DNA of 64,000 bases, taken from the NCBI GenBank assembly GCA_024230215.1, contig JAAERP010000192.1, positions 1 to 64,000 of the forward strand. The letters are read 5' to 3'. The stretch's first letter is position 1. Each line of letters begins with the position of its first letter. The notes under the pieces were generated by a model, which worked only from the letters and a program-made list of their open reading frames with translations, was not told where the DNA came from and searched no databases. Below are positions 40,623 through 49,261 of the stretch, piece by piece. Source of the DNA: Fuerstiella sp. (lineage in GTDB: Bacteria > Planctomycetota > Planctomycetia > Planctomycetales > Planctomycetaceae). The position numbers and the translations under genes were made by a program.

Positions 40623-42512
40623 TCAGGGGACGCGTGCGAGTGTCCACACGATGGTCTCGGCGAACTGCTCAGCGAAATCAGCATCGGCAGCAGTGATCAG
40701 TCTGCCGGATGTGACGACGTCGTCTCTCGATGGGGTAGCACGTCTTAGTGTGAATTCATGCTGAATCTGTTCCAATGCTGCGATGCTGTGTCCCTCGAAG
40801 TATGCAGCATCCGATAGCGCTATCATGCCCAGGCAGATGCCCGCAACGACCCGGTGATCGTCATCCATCACAGCCAGAATGCGTCTGATGTGGACATTCG
40901 CCGGTGCTTCATCGTCCAGACCTTCCATCTGTCCGCCGACAAAGACGACAGCGTCGAACGCTTCGGGGTCAACGTCACTGATCAGCAGGTCTGCCTGAAA
41001 AGGCTGACCGGGATCGTCTTCAGTCGGAGTAATGGACAATCCCGGTGACGCCGTCTTGATGTCACCGCCCTGTGCTTCCAGGATCCGCCGCACCGGAACG
41101 TAGTCCGGATAGTACGTCTGCTGCGGCATTACGAACAGGACCTGCATGCCGTCGATGCGCGGCAGACCGGTCAGGCCAGTTTTATCGGGGAACTTCGATT
41201 CTTCCTGGCGGCCGGCCACGTGGCCATTGGGATCAGTTGTTTCGTCCGTTGCTGCGGGCCAGAGCCCGCTCACGCCGTACCCGCCTGCCACGACCGCCAG
41301 CAACAGCAGCACCCCGACGACAACACGTCCAGGAAGCTGTGCCGCGGAGGTGTTTGGTCGCCGCGAGTCGTATTGGCTGATGACTGACGGCGACTCAGCA
41401 ATCTCCAACTCGTCGATTGCAGCAACGACTTCAGAGGGTGTTTGGAAACGGTCGCTGACGGATTTGGCCATCATCTTTCTGACGATCGCGTTGACGCCTG
41501 GTGGTATCGAACGGTCGGCCTCTGCCAGCGGCGTCGGTTCCAGCAGCATGTGCGATGAGATTTTTTGCAGGTGGCTGCCCGTGGGAAACGGCGGTCGTCC
41601 TGTCAGCAGAAAGTAGAACGTGCAGCCCAGACTGTAGATGTCTGCACGGATGTCCGCCGAACGCGCGTTGTCGGCCTGTTCGGGCGCAATATAGTCCGGA
41701 GTCCCAAGCGCCAGGTTGGCTGCGGTGATGCCAACGGACTCCTGAGGTTCAGATTCTTCAGGCGTCATCGTAATGAACCTGGCCAGGCCGAAATCCAGTA
41801 TCTTGACGTTATTATCTGGTGTCGTGATCAGGTTTTGAGGCTTGATATCTCGGTGTACGAGACGATGCTCGTGTGCATGCTGTAATCCGAGTGCGACTGA
41901 ACGAACAGCTTCGGTGGCCTTTGCAGAACTCAGTGGGCCGCGTTTCTCGACCAGCCGGTCCAGGCTGATGCCTTCCACATACTCCATCACCAGCAGATGC
42001 ATGTCGCCCGCCTGTTCAGCGTCGTGAACGGTGACGATGTTTGGATGCGATAACCGGGAAGCGGCGCGGACTTCCGTGCGAAACCGGCTGACAGCGGTCG
42101 GACTTGTCATGAACTCTCCGCGAATGACCTTCACCGCCACGGTACGGTCCATCAGCCGATGCTCTGCCTTAAACACCTCACCCATACCGCCCGCACCAAG
42201 AGGCTCCAGAATGCGGTACCTCGGATGGTCCGACAGTCGTGCCATCACATCGACGGGTCTCTGGTTAGCAGCGGCATCCGGGTTGGTGTCAGCTATGCCG
42301 GTCATGCCCGTGTCAGCGTGCCTGACAGGTTGAACGGCTGCCCGGGCAAGATGAACCATGTGGTCGTCGGGAATTCCCTGGAGCGATTCACAACAGGACT
42401 GGCACGATTCAATGTGCTGTACCACCCGATCCGAAGTGTCCATTGCGAGCCGGCCGAGGACAAAGTCCGACAGCTGAGCCGCAGTTGGATGGTCGGCAGT
42501 CTGGGCGTTCAT
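40623..42512 (-). CDS. Ser/Thr protein kinase with N-terminal anti-sigma zf-HC2 motif, TM helix and C-terminal DJ-1/PfpI domain
   Basis: zf-HC2 H-x3-C-x2-C motif (HIESCQSC). Hanks kinase motifs LGAGGMGEVF, AVK, HRDIKPQNL, DFGLA, APE. TM segment VVVGVLLLLAVVAGGYGV. DJ-1/PfpI fold (DAVVFVGG, nucleophile-elbow VAGICLG, VVTSGRLITAA). Confidence 0.85.
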   Translation of the reverse strand: MNAQTADHPTAAQLSDFVLGRLAMDTSDRVVQHIESCQSCCESLQGIPDDHMVHLARAAVQPVRHADTGMTGIADTNPDAAANQRPVDVMARLSDHPRYRILEPLGAGGMGEVFKAEHRLMDRTVAVKVIRGEFMTSPTAVSRFRTEVRAASRLSHPNIVTVHDAEQAGDMHLLVMEYVEGISLDRLVEKRGPLSSAKATEAVRSVALGLQHAHEHRLVHRDIKPQNLITTPDNNVKILDFGLARFITMTPEESEPQESVGITAANLALGTPDYIAPEQADNARSADIRADIYSLGCTFYFLLTGRPPFPTGSHLQKISSHMLLEPTPLAEADRSIPPGVNAIVRKMMAKSVSDRFQTPSEVVAAIDELEIAESPSVISQYDSRRPNTSAAQLPGRVVVGVLLLLAVVAGGYGVSGLWPAATDETTDPNGHVAGRQEESKFPDKTGLTGLPRIDGMQVLFVMPQQTYYPDYVPVRRILEAQGGDIKTASPGLSITPTEDDPGQPFQADLLISDVDPEAFDAVVFVGGQMEGLDDEAPANVHIRRILAVMDDDHRVVAGICLGMIALSDAAYFEGHSIAALEQIQHEFTLRRATPSRDDVVTSGRLITAADADFAEQFAETIVWTLARVP

Positions 42513-42641
42513 ATTCCGCTCCGCACGATTCGTGAATGAGGCCTTGAAATCCCTCTACTGTGTACATTGAACAATGTGATATGGGACGAGCTCGGAGAAT
42601 CTGACACCCCGATTACGAAATTCTGCAGATTTCCAGGAATG

Positions 42642-43232
42642 TCAGTCCAGCAGCCCCACGGCGGCTTGTCGCAGTCGTGCCAGAACGCGGGATTTTGCCT
42701 GATATACCGACGCGATTGAGATCCGCAGTTCAGTGGCCACTTCTGCCGCCGGCTTTTCCTGCAGGGCAACGCCTTCGAATGCCTGCCAGGTAGGCTCCTC
42801 AACGTCGTCGCGAATCGAATCGAGCAACTTTCGTGTGACGATCAGGTCATGCTCTTCATCCCACTGTCGACTTAGATCGCTGTTGTCGTCGGTGAGCTGA
42901 TTCAGGGCCTCAAGGAAGCTGGTGTCCCCTCCCACCAGCGGTCGCAGTCGCCGGGTTCTCCAGTGATCTCGCAGGCAGTTGACCGAAATCGCTCGCAGCC
43001 ACGTTCGGAACGCTCCGGGCCGCCGATTGTGTTGAAACTGCGGCAACCTCCTCAGGACGACCAGTAACACATCCTGCACGACATCGTCGCGATCGGATCG
43101 CTCCAGCTGTTGTCGGGACAACCACCCCAGAATCAACGGCGCATAAATATCATTCAGCTGCTGCCATGCAGTCTCATCCTGCTGATTCTGCAATCGGTCC
43201 AGGAGACTGAATGATGTCGTCGCCACTGACAC
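42642..43232 (-). CDS. RNA polymerase ECF-type sigma factor (STK-associated type)
   Basis: Region 2 (DVVQDVLLVVLRRLPQF...FRTWLRAISVNCLRDHWR) and region 4 (EGVALQEKPAAEVATELRISIASVYQAKSRVLARLR). Immediately upstream of the kinase/anti-sigma fusion. Confidence 0.85.
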   Translation of the reverse strand: MSVATTSFSLLDRLQNQQDETAWQQLNDIYAPLILGWLSRQQLERSDRDDVVQDVLLVVLRRLPQFQHNRRPGAFRTWLRAISVNCLRDHWRTRRLRPLVGGDTSFLEALNQLTDDNSDLSRQWDEEHDLIVTRKLLDSIRDDVEEPTWQAFEGVALQEKPAAEVATELRISIASVYQAKSRVLARLRQAAVGLLD

Positions 43233-43546
43233 AGCTTTCTACTATGACTGGTGCCCGCCCAGGGTGTGTGACATGAGATACATTTGCAGATCACACGACG
43301 GTTGTCGACATCAAAATGCTGCCATCGGCTCAGGCGATTCACGCCAGGCAACTCATGACACGCTCATTTCGCCCGGATATCACAGAGAGCTGCAGTATTG
43401 CGGCTTCGATCAGTGATCCGCGATCGAATCAAAGTACCACTGCGGCATCAGTGGGCGGAAGATACAAAAAGTTGTATCCAGGCGGCGACATCTGCAATTG
43501 AAGTTGTCGGAGCCACTGCCCGTGAATACGACGTTGTTCGTCATCC

Positions 43547-43801
43547 TTACGTGCTGCTCACTCGGATTTCGTTGCGGATCTTTCGAGTGCTGCTGATGGC
43601 GCGAAGGGCCTCCTGAGCATACTGTTTTTCGTGCCAGTTGTTGACCGAACCGGTTAACAGCACGGTGTCTTTGGACAGCCGTACCGTCACGTTCGCCAGT
43701 TGCAATCTTTCGACCGTCCGCTGCATCATTTCGTGAAGATGGTGATCTGTATCGATACGAATCGAGCGAGCGAGATTTCGAGACGATGAGTCTGATTGCA
43801 T
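43547..43801 (-). CDS. Small BON-domain protein
   Basis: C-terminus RLQLANVTVRLSKDTVLLTGSVNNWHEKQYAQEALRAISSTRKIRNEIRV matches the BON (OsmY-like) domain. ATG at 43801; the longer ORF up to 44065 is probably an upstream extension. Confidence 0.55.
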   Translation of the reverse strand: MQSDSSSRNLARSIRIDTDHHLHEMMQRTVERLQLANVTVRLSKDTVLLTGSVNNWHEKQYAQEALRAISSTRKIRNEIRVSST

Positions 43802-43847
43802 TGGTGAGAAAGCCTGTAGTGGTAGTTCTTTTCCCCATCCCTGGGAT

Positions 43848-46343
43848 GTGTTTTTAAGGTGCGGTGTCTCAGATGGAGTCGGTATGACAGCCGCGAGTTC
43901 TGGATGGAATCCCGCCGACGTCCCTCGTCCATCGGTTGACGGGCAGCCTCTGGCGGCGAACGCTGCGCGACTGCTGGAGGCGCTGGAATATCTGGGGCAT
44001 CCGCTGCCGGAGAAGACGATCTTAGCATTGCGAACTGCCATCCACGCGGAGAGCAGCAATGACATTCAGCAGTTGCTCGATCAGCATGTTTTGTTCGCCG
44101 CGTCCATTAATCCGGAACTGCGAGTCAAAGTTGGTCGCGGGCCTGCAGACCCCGTTATTCAGCAGGCCGGTTTTACGCCGGTTCTGGTGAAAGTGATTAA
44201 TGACGCAACCGTGACACGTCGCCTGCAGATCAGCAGCCCACAGGCCGGGCCGGTGTATGCGGGCACGGGTGAAGTGATTCTGAAACGCCAGGCTCAGACC
44301 GAATTGAAGATTAACGAAAACGTGAAGGGCGATCGCCGCTTTCTGGAGGTCGAAATATTCGATCAGTCACCGATGACGTCTCGCCTGAGTGGTTTGCAGG
44401 CCGAATACCTGCTCGCTTTAATCTACAGCAGCGAAGCAGGTCAGCGCGAAGCCACCATCATTTTTGACATCGGTGAAGGAACGCAGGAATTCGGTTTTCG
44501 CAGCGAAGTTCCTGTGCTGTTCAGCGTGGCCCCCGCGATTCCCGTGACGCTGAAGATCAACGATTTTGACGGAAGGCCGACGACGGCTCGCCTTGAGTTC
44601 CGCGACAGGGACGGTCGCGTTTATCCGCCCCAGGCCAAACGACTGGCCCCCGATTTCTTTTTTCAACCACAGATTTATCGCAATGACGGCGACGCCGTTC
44701 TGTTGCCTCCAGGGGAGTTTGAACTTCTTTCCAACCGCGGTCCGGAATATCTGCGCATCAGGCAGGACATCGCGGTGATCGAAGGCGGCGAAAACACCGT
44801 GGAAGTGAAACTGGAGCGGTGGATCAATCCCATGGACTTCGGATTCTACTGTGGCGATCATCACATTCACGGCGCTGGATGTTCGCACTACGATAACCCG
44901 ACTCAGGGTGTGACTCCGCAGGATATGTTCGCTCAGGTGAAGGGTGAAGGGTTGAATGTTGGCTGCGTGCTGACATGGGGACCGTGCTTTGACTTTCAGC
45001 GAAACTATTTTTCACCGCTCGCCGACACGGTCAGCGAGCGTTTGAATATTCTGAAGTACGACCTGGAAATCAGTGGCTTCGGTTCTGCGGCATTGGGGCA
45101 CGTCTGTTTGCTGAACCTGAAGAATCAGACCTACCCGGGTTCAGAAGGCACCGCGACAAAAGGATGGCCAAAGTGGACAGTGCCGGTGATGAGATGGGCC
45201 AAAGAACAGGGCGGAATCACCGGATATCCTCATTCTGCGCTGCACGTCGATCCTCAGCAGGCGGCCAGATGGCAGCTTTCAAAACTTGACACGAACTCGA
45301 ATGGCACCCTTTCTGCAACCGAAGCAGCAGCCGGATTGCTGGCAGAAGCGTTCGCACGAACTGACGAGGACACGAACGGTCAACTGACGCAGGTTGAACT
45401 GCAGAAGAGTGCCAATCGTGCGGCCGATACGCTGCCAAACGTCGCACTGCCGTCCATGAACGGCGGGGGCGCGATGGAAATTTTTGTCAGCACCAGCGAA
45501 GGCGTGTGTGACTTCATCAGCGCAATGGACACGGCCAGAATTTCCGAATGGAATACGTGGTATCACCTCATGAATTGTGGGTTTCCCTTAAAGTTGAGCG
45601 GAGAAACCGACTTCCCCTGCATGAGCAGCCGTCGGGTTGGTCAGGGCCGCGTGTATGTACAATTGGGAGACGTGCAGCAGGTTGACTTTCCCACGTGGTG
45701 TCAGGGAATCGCTGCCGGACAGTCTTATGTTTCAGACGGTTTTGCGCACGCCGTGAAACTTACTGTCAACGGCCAGTCGCCAGGCCGTTCCGACGTCGCC
45801 CTGGGCAGTTCGACGTCCGTTACCGTCAAAACGAGCGTCTCCTTTGCGCCGGAACAACCCAAGGCGGTGGCCTATGGAACGCTGTTGCCGTCAGCAGGTC
45901 GCAGAATGGTGGGGGACACGATCAATCTGCACGCTCCCAGAAACACGGGCTTTGTGCGAGGTGGCCAGCGACTGGTCGAGGTCGTCGTTAACGGCAGGGT
46001 CGCTGGATCAAAGTCGGTGGCAGCGGACGGAAAGATCCACGATCTGGAGTTCACCGTACCGATCCACCGCAGCAGCTGGGTTGCCATTCGACAATTCCCC
46101 CAACTGCACACAAACCCCGTCAACGTGATCATTGACAATCAACCAATCAGGGCCTCACGCGAAAGCGCACTTTGGTGCGCCGAAGCCGTCCGCCTGCTGT
46201 GGCACAATCGACGTCAGTTCATTTCTGAAGCTGAACAGCCAGCCGCAAAGATTGCTTACACAAACGCCCTGGAAAGGTTTTTCGGGATTGCCGATGAATC
46301 GGATGCCAACAGCAGGAAGGTGAATCGTTTCGCGCTGCAGTAA
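43848..46343 (+). CDS. Putative metal-dependent hydrolase (PHP/CehA-McbA-like H-x-H motif) with an inserted EF-hand pair
   Basis: FYCGDHHIHGAGCSHYD metal-binding motif. Two canonical 12-residue EF-hand loops, DTNSNGTLSATE and DEDTNGQLTQVE (nt 45288-45398). 831 aa; the start could be the ATG at 43884. Confidence 0.6.
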   Translation: MFLRCGVSDGVGMTAASSGWNPADVPRPSVDGQPLAANAARLLEALEYLGHPLPEKTILALRTAIHAESSNDIQQLLDQHVLFAASINPELRVKVGRGPADPVIQQAGFTPVLVKVINDATVTRRLQISSPQAGPVYAGTGEVILKRQAQTELKINENVKGDRRFLEVEIFDQSPMTSRLSGLQAEYLLALIYSSEAGQREATIIFDIGEGTQEFGFRSEVPVLFSVAPAIPVTLKINDFDGRPTTARLEFRDRDGRVYPPQAKRLAPDFFFQPQIYRNDGDAVLLPPGEFELLSNRGPEYLRIRQDIAVIEGGENTVEVKLERWINPMDFGFYCGDHHIHGAGCSHYDNPTQGVTPQDMFAQVKGEGLNVGCVLTWGPCFDFQRNYFSPLADTVSERLNILKYDLEISGFGSAALGHVCLLNLKNQTYPGSEGTATKGWPKWTVPVMRWAKEQGGITGYPHSALHVDPQQAARWQLSKLDTNSNGTLSATEAAAGLLAEAFARTDEDTNGQLTQVELQKSANRAADTLPNVALPSMNGGGAMEIFVSTSEGVCDFISAMDTARISEWNTWYHLMNCGFPLKLSGETDFPCMSSRRVGQGRVYVQLGDVQQVDFPTWCQGIAAGQSYVSDGFAHAVKLTVNGQSPGRSDVALGSSTSVTVKTSVSFAPEQPKAVAYGTLLPSAGRRMVGDTINLHAPRNTGFVRGGQRLVEVVVNGRVAGSKSVAADGKIHDLEFTVPIHRSSWVAIRQFPQLHTNPVNVIIDNQPIRASRESALWCAEAVRLLWHNRRQFISEAEQPAAKIAYTNALERFFGIADESDANSRKVNRFALQ

Positions 46344-46566
46344 TCTGCGTTACGATCGATCAATCCGGATTGAGTCCTGTTCTGAATTCCGCGATTTTCT
46401 TCACCAGGCAGTGAGCCCAGTTATTTTGCGGGTGGTGTATTCGGAACAGGAACCGGTGGGTGGATGCCTGCGCAGGGAACTTCAGCGATGCGACGACTTG
46501 CTGAAAACAGCTGGCCGGACAAGCTTAATGGGGAAAGTCGCGCAAGCCGCCAACAGGGCAACATTC

Positions 46567-48663
46567 TTAGTGCGAACTATCTTCTGTCAGTCGTCTCGCC
46601 AGCAGGTTCAGGAACAAGCCGACATCCGTCACGATCCCTGTTGATTCAACGCTTCCGCGGTCGGCAAGCTTGGTGACGACGGCCGGAGAAATATCGACGC
46701 AGACCAGCCGTATACCTGCGCGAGTCATATTGCCCGTGCCAATGGCATGCAGCATCGAAGCAAGCATGACGATCATGTCGGCCCCGTCGACCGCTTTGGC
46801 ATAGGCTGCCTGCGCTTCGAAGAGATCCATCAGGGTATCGGGCAGAGGACCATCGTCCCGGATCGAACCGGCCAGGATATAATCGACGTCATTCTTCACA
46901 CATGCGTACATGACCCCGTCAGTAACGACTCCCTGCTCGACCGCCGCTCGGATGCTGCCAGCGGAACGAATTCGATTGATCGCCTTGATGTGGTGCTGAT
47001 GTCCTCCATGCACGCCGACGCCGCGGGCCAGGTCCACACCCAGAGATGTACCGAATAGATTCATTTCGATGTCGTGCGTTGGCAGAGCATTTCCGGTGAG
47101 CAGTACATCCAGGTATCCATGGTTGATGATACTGGCCAGATGCGGCCCCCCGCCCGTATGGATCACCACCGGCCCGGCGACAAATACGATGCGTCCGCTG
47201 CGAGCCCGGATTCTGCGCATCTCCCACGCCAGTTCTTCGACAGCCGTTTCAACTCGCCGCTCGCTTGAAACGCCGGCACTCATGAAGGAAAACTCGTCCC
47301 TGGCAGCGACACTCAGCAGGCGTTTGACCCTCACACCTTCGACACCGCAGACAACCTGGTCTCCCTCCTGTAGGTCGCGAATCAGTGAACAACGAGCCGA
47401 CGTGGCGTTCTGGTCTGTGTTGATGACGACCACAGCATCCATGCGTTGATTTGTCGCACGAATCCACTGTTCACCCACTCGTACTTCCGTGGGATAAATC
47501 GTCGTCGAATAAAACGCCTGCGGCGCGACACCATTCTGTGTCACGACCTCCATGCGTGCGTCGGTGTGTTCTGTGACGGCGACCGCCCCGAGCGGTTGCA
47601 GAGTGTTGAGGATAAGTTCGAGCCGTTCCTCATTGGGAGCCGTCACCCGCACGCGCGCCGTCGAGTCCAGATCGTTCCGCTGCCCGACGATAAACTGATC
47701 GACGCGAAAACCGCCCCCGCCAACGGTGATGATGTCAAACAGTCGACTCATCAGTCCGCTGTCCAGCAGATGACCCTTCAACTGAATGTTCGTGTGGCGG
47801 ATCGGAGATTCGATCCGGCCTTCCGCGGGCGTGCGGACATCCTGCCTGCCGATCAGACATAGACATTTTGCCGCTCCTCCGGCCAGCATGAATTCGTCCA
47901 GCGGTGTCGTCCGCACATCGTAGCCCCAGGCCTCCAGGCGACGACGCAATTCGTTCGAGACATGGTTCGTAATCAGGGTGTTATCGATACGGACGGCATT
48001 ACACGCGAAACGCTGGGCATCAGATTCGCTGACCTCAAGTCGCCTGTCGGGCGGCACGCGGCGGTGAATCTCACCCAGAGAAGCTTCGTCGAACGCCGCC
48101 GGAAAATACACGACCCGGCCGCCGGGCAACGGAAAGAAGCAGGTGTCCAGGTGGTAGAATCTCTCATCGATCAGACGCAGAGAGACGACTTCGACGTTGA
48201 GTCTCTCGCTCATTAACTGGTGCGATTCAAGCGAGCTTCGCGTCCCATAACCAGCCCAGACGCAATCCGCCTCGTTGTCTGCCAGCAGCGCATCTCCTTC
48301 GCCTTCGAACGTGTCGTCTCCGCCCAGCGGTGCAATTTCGCAGCCTGAGTCGGAAAACCAATCGCAGAACAGAGGGGACTCCGACTGTCGCTGGAGGAAT
48401 CGAAACACACTGGGGATGAAACGATCGCCAACCAACAGGCCGGCATTGGCAACAAAGCACATATCCGGGAGTGCGGGAGCGCCTTCGATCACCGCGACGC
48501 TCGTCAGGCCGGCCACGATCTCATACAGCCGATTCCATTGCTCGCCGGCGACATCGTTGCGAGCGCGTCCGATCTGTCCCTGCATCCAGGGATTGATGAC
48601 GTAGTGCACTCCGAAGTGAGTGGGGCGGCACATTACAATTCCCGGCCGATCGTTGGTCATCAT
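46567..48663 (-). CDS. ArgZ/AgrE-like bifunctional arginine dihydrolase (amidinotransferase-fold N-domain + TIGR00300/LOR-SDH-like C-domain)
   Basis: N-domain of about 270 aa in the guanidino-group-modifying superfamily, ending in the catalytic-Cys context AGGAAKCLCL. The C-domain of about 420 aa has G-rich motifs (TVGGGGFRV, VAGPVVIHTGGGPH). Size and architecture match cyanobacterial ArgZ/AgrE. Confidence 0.6.
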   Translation of the reverse strand: MMTNDRPGIVMCRPTHFGVHYVINPWMQGQIGRARNDVAGEQWNRLYEIVAGLTSVAVIEGAPALPDMCFVANAGLLVGDRFIPSVFRFLQRQSESPLFCDWFSDSGCEIAPLGGDDTFEGEGDALLADNEADCVWAGYGTRSSLESHQLMSERLNVEVVSLRLIDERFYHLDTCFFPLPGGRVVYFPAAFDEASLGEIHRRVPPDRRLEVSESDAQRFACNAVRIDNTLITNHVSNELRRRLEAWGYDVRTTPLDEFMLAGGAAKCLCLIGRQDVRTPAEGRIESPIRHTNIQLKGHLLDSGLMSRLFDIITVGGGGFRVDQFIVGQRNDLDSTARVRVTAPNEERLELILNTLQPLGAVAVTEHTDARMEVVTQNGVAPQAFYSTTIYPTEVRVGEQWIRATNQRMDAVVVINTDQNATSARCSLIRDLQEGDQVVCGVEGVRVKRLLSVAARDEFSFMSAGVSSERRVETAVEELAWEMRRIRARSGRIVFVAGPVVIHTGGGPHLASIINHGYLDVLLTGNALPTHDIEMNLFGTSLGVDLARGVGVHGGHQHHIKAINRIRSAGSIRAAVEQGVVTDGVMYACVKNDVDYILAGSIRDDGPLPDTLMDLFEAQAAYAKAVDGADMIVMLASMLHAIGTGNMTRAGIRLVCVDISPAVVTKLADRGSVESTGIVTDVGLFLNLLARRLTEDSSH

Positions 48664-48824
48664 GCTTTCCCTGTATTCAAACGAATTCTTCGGACGCAGG
48701 CCCCGTACTCATTACAGCATTTCACACTGACTTGTGGCCGCGAAGAACGTTCTTCAACAGCAGTTTCGCTACTCCCGCGAGCCAGTATCGTTCACGACAA
48801 TAAGTAACTTGCTCCAGTGATTTT

Positions 48825-49091
48825 TCACAGCCAAAAAGTGGGATTGAATCGTTCGCCGGAAAAGGGGGTCAGGTAAATGTTCCTGTATTGCACAGAGGTA
48901 TGATCGCCCTGCAAATGGATGGGGCCGGGAGCCGTCGGATCAGTATGGATGGCTCCTGAGGTGGGACCATTCACGGGTTGGCTATCGATAACCTTCATTC
49001 CATTAAGGACTACCGTAAAGTGCCGATCGACCAGGGGTGATGTCGTAAGTCTGCTCTGTCCCAAACGGGAATCGTACTGTGCCTCTTTCAT
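48825..49091 (-). pseudogene. 3' remnant of a DUF1080-family gene
   Basis: 88-aa ORF with FTVVLNGMKVIDSQPVNGP...GPIHLQGDHTSVQYRNIYLTPF. This matches the C-terminal block of the two DUF1080 domains at 15790-17124. An in-frame stop lies 15 codons upstream, so there is no room for the rest of the domain before the divergent sulfatase gene. Confidence 0.4.
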
Positions 49092-49261
49092 ACGTTCGCT
49101 CGGTTTTGCGCAATAATAACTGAAATCTGTGGATCAGCCGGGTATCGTGGCAGGCGTTTGAGGGCTCTTGATGTGAGCAACGGACATGATAGTTCACGTC
49201 GGTTCGGTCGTCTGCCTGGGAACTTCCTCTTTTGTGAATCAAAACATCCACGAGAAACACC

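Noticed and set aside
40040-40684. 214-aa minus ORF as an independent gene
   Set aside because: Only the segment from the ATG at 40459 to about 40290 is meaningful (the secretion leader). Upstream of that ATG it overlaps the 3' end of the kinase gene. Downstream it is an out-of-frame read into the next ORF.
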